Assembly (NCBI GenBank): GCA_030390025.1
Contig: CM059447.1
Coordinates: forward strand, 19,468,001 to 19,532,000
Source: Squalus acanthias
Taxonomy: Eukaryota
DNA: 64,000 nucleotides
Reading direction: 5' to 3'
Of the stretch, positions 62,651 through 64,000 are shown piece after piece. The first letter of the stretch is position 1, and each line of letters begins with the position of its first letter. Position numbers and translations under genes: made by a program. The notes under the pieces are model-generated. The model did not search any database and was not told the DNA's origin. It saw only the letters and a program-made list of their open reading frames with translations.

Positions 62651-63190
62651 ATAAGAACAGAAAATGCTGGAAACACTCAGCAGGTCAGGCAGCATCTGTG
62701 GAGAGAGAAACAGAGTTAACGTTTCAGGTCGATGACCTTTCGTCAGAACTGGAAAAAGTTAGAGATGTAACAGGTTTTAAGCAAGTGTAGGGTCAGGGAA
62801 AGGCGGGAGGGGAGGAAAGAACAAAAGGGAAGGTCTGTGATAGGGTGGACGGCAGGAGAGATTAAATGACAAAAGGTATAATAGTACAAAACAAAAGGAG
62901 ATGGTAACGGGACAAGCAAAGAAACAGAAGATGTGTTTAGAAGAGATGTAAATGGGAATGACGGAATCATCAACCGCTGTCATGTGAAAAAATAAGGGCA
63001 GAGGTTATGGTCTGAAATTGTTGAATTCGATGTTGAGTCCAGAGGGCTGTAAAGTGCCTAATCGAAAGATGAGGTGCTGTTCCTCGAGCTTACGTTGAGC
63101 TTCGTTGGAACAGTGTTAGAGGCCGAGGACGGTGAGGTCAGAGTGGGAGTGGAGCGGAGAATTAAAGTGACAGGCGACCGGAAGCTTGGG
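62651..63190 (-). mobile_element. Penelope-like element 3' fragment (GIY-YIG endonuclease C-terminus plus terminal region)
   Basis: Minus strand translates PVACHFNSPLHSHSDLTVLGL*HCSNEAQRKLEEQHLIFRLGTLQPSGLNIEF, the HF...E...I..L.TL.P.GLN pattern of Penelope endonucleases. Confidence 0.88.
62714..62750 (-). ncRNA. Minimal hammerhead ribozyme motif in the Penelope terminal region
   Basis: agtt CTGACGA a AGGTC atc GACCT GAAA CGTT aact. Confidence 0.7.
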
Positions 63191-63800
63191 ATAGAATTAT
63201 AGAATGGCTACAGCACAGAAGGAGACTATTTGGCCCGTCGAGTCCATGTCGGCTCTCTGCAAGAGCACCTCAGCTAGTCCCACTCCCCCGCCCTTTCCCC
63301 GTAGCCCTGCAAATTTTTTTCCTTCAGGTACTTATCTAATTCCCTTTTGAAAGCCACAATTGAATCGGCCTCCACCACCCTTTCAGGCGGTGAATTCAGA
63401 TCCTAACCACTCGCTGCGTAAAAGAGTTTTTCCTCATGTCACCTTTGGTTCTTCTGCCAATCACCTTAAATCTGTGTACTCTGGTTCTCGACCCTTCCGC
63501 TAGTGGGAACAGTTTCTCTCTATCTACTCTGTCTAGACCCCTCATGATTTTGAACACCTCTACCAAATCTCCTCTCAACCTTCTCTGCTCTAAGGAGAAC
63601 AACCCCAGCTTCTCTAGTCTATCCATGTAACTGAAGTCTCTCATCCCTGGAACCATTCTTGTAAATCTTTTCTGCACCCTCTCTAAGGCCTTCACATCCT
63701 TCCTAAAGTGCAGTGCCCAGAATTGGACACAATACTCCAGTTGAGACCAAACCAATGTTTTATAAAGGTTCATCATAACTTCCTTGCTTTTGTACTCTAT
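63191..63800 (-). mobile_element. CR1 LINE 3' fragment
   Basis: ORF 63396..63776 LYKTLVWSQLEYCVQFW...LERVQKRFTRM...RGDLVEVFKIM. Confidence 0.93.
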
Positions 63801-64000
63801 GGGCTGGATTTTGAATGACCCGTGGAGTCGGGTTTGGAGTTGGTGGGGGGGTTAAAGTTGCAGATTCGGGGGTCCCGACCCCATCCCGACTCCAACCCGC
63901 CTCCATGCCAGTTTCTCTGGCGGCGGGTACCCGACCTGGTCTGAGACCCGACTCCCTGAGGCGGGAAGGGATTAGTGACAATTAACTGCCTGTTAACAGA
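63801..64000. mobile_element. GC-rich element starting GGGCTGGATTTT, apparently inserted into CR1 (cut by the window edge)
   Basis: Abrupt switch from CR1 coding sequence to CpG-rich sequence with internal short inverted repeats. Confidence 0.45.

Noticed and set aside
1-64000. Prokaryotic systems (CRISPR arrays, operons, defence islands)
   Set aside because: The sequence is spliced vertebrate DNA; there is no regularly spaced repeat-spacer array and no gene-dense ORF structure.

Overview
Vertebrate genomic DNA, most likely from a shark or other cartilaginous fish (inferred from its SINE, CR1, L2 and Penelope repertoire). The window holds one complete, well-supported protein-coding gene: casein kinase I delta (CSNK1D) on the minus strand. 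Its ATG is at 49416. Nine coding exons with canonical GT-AG junctions give a 414-aa delta1 isoform, and a 63-nt cassette exon at 15595-15657 gives a 408-aa delta2 isoform. The promoter has three perfect CRE palindromes, and the predicted 5'UTR has three uORFs. The rest is intron and intergenic DNA with many repeats: Deu-domain SINEs, LF-SINE-like and AmnSINE2-like ancient SINEs, CR1 and L2 fragments, Penelope-like elements and MITE-like inverted repeats. Four signals stand out. (1) Penelope-derived inserts carry minimal hammerhead-ribozyme motifs whose stems covary between copies; two are fold-back palindromes with a ribozyme on each strand. (2) A 1.7-kb hAT-TIR-bounded unit splits an old SINE and carries CpG-rich promoter/exon-like cargo, making it a Pack-TIR candidate. 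(3) Intron 8 holds several extra candidate phase-0, stop-containing exons that could diversify the autoinhibitory tail. (4) Codon 245 reads Ser where CK1 kinases normally have Pro. Repeat family names come from recalled consensus sequences, and repeat boundaries are approximate; no database search was run.
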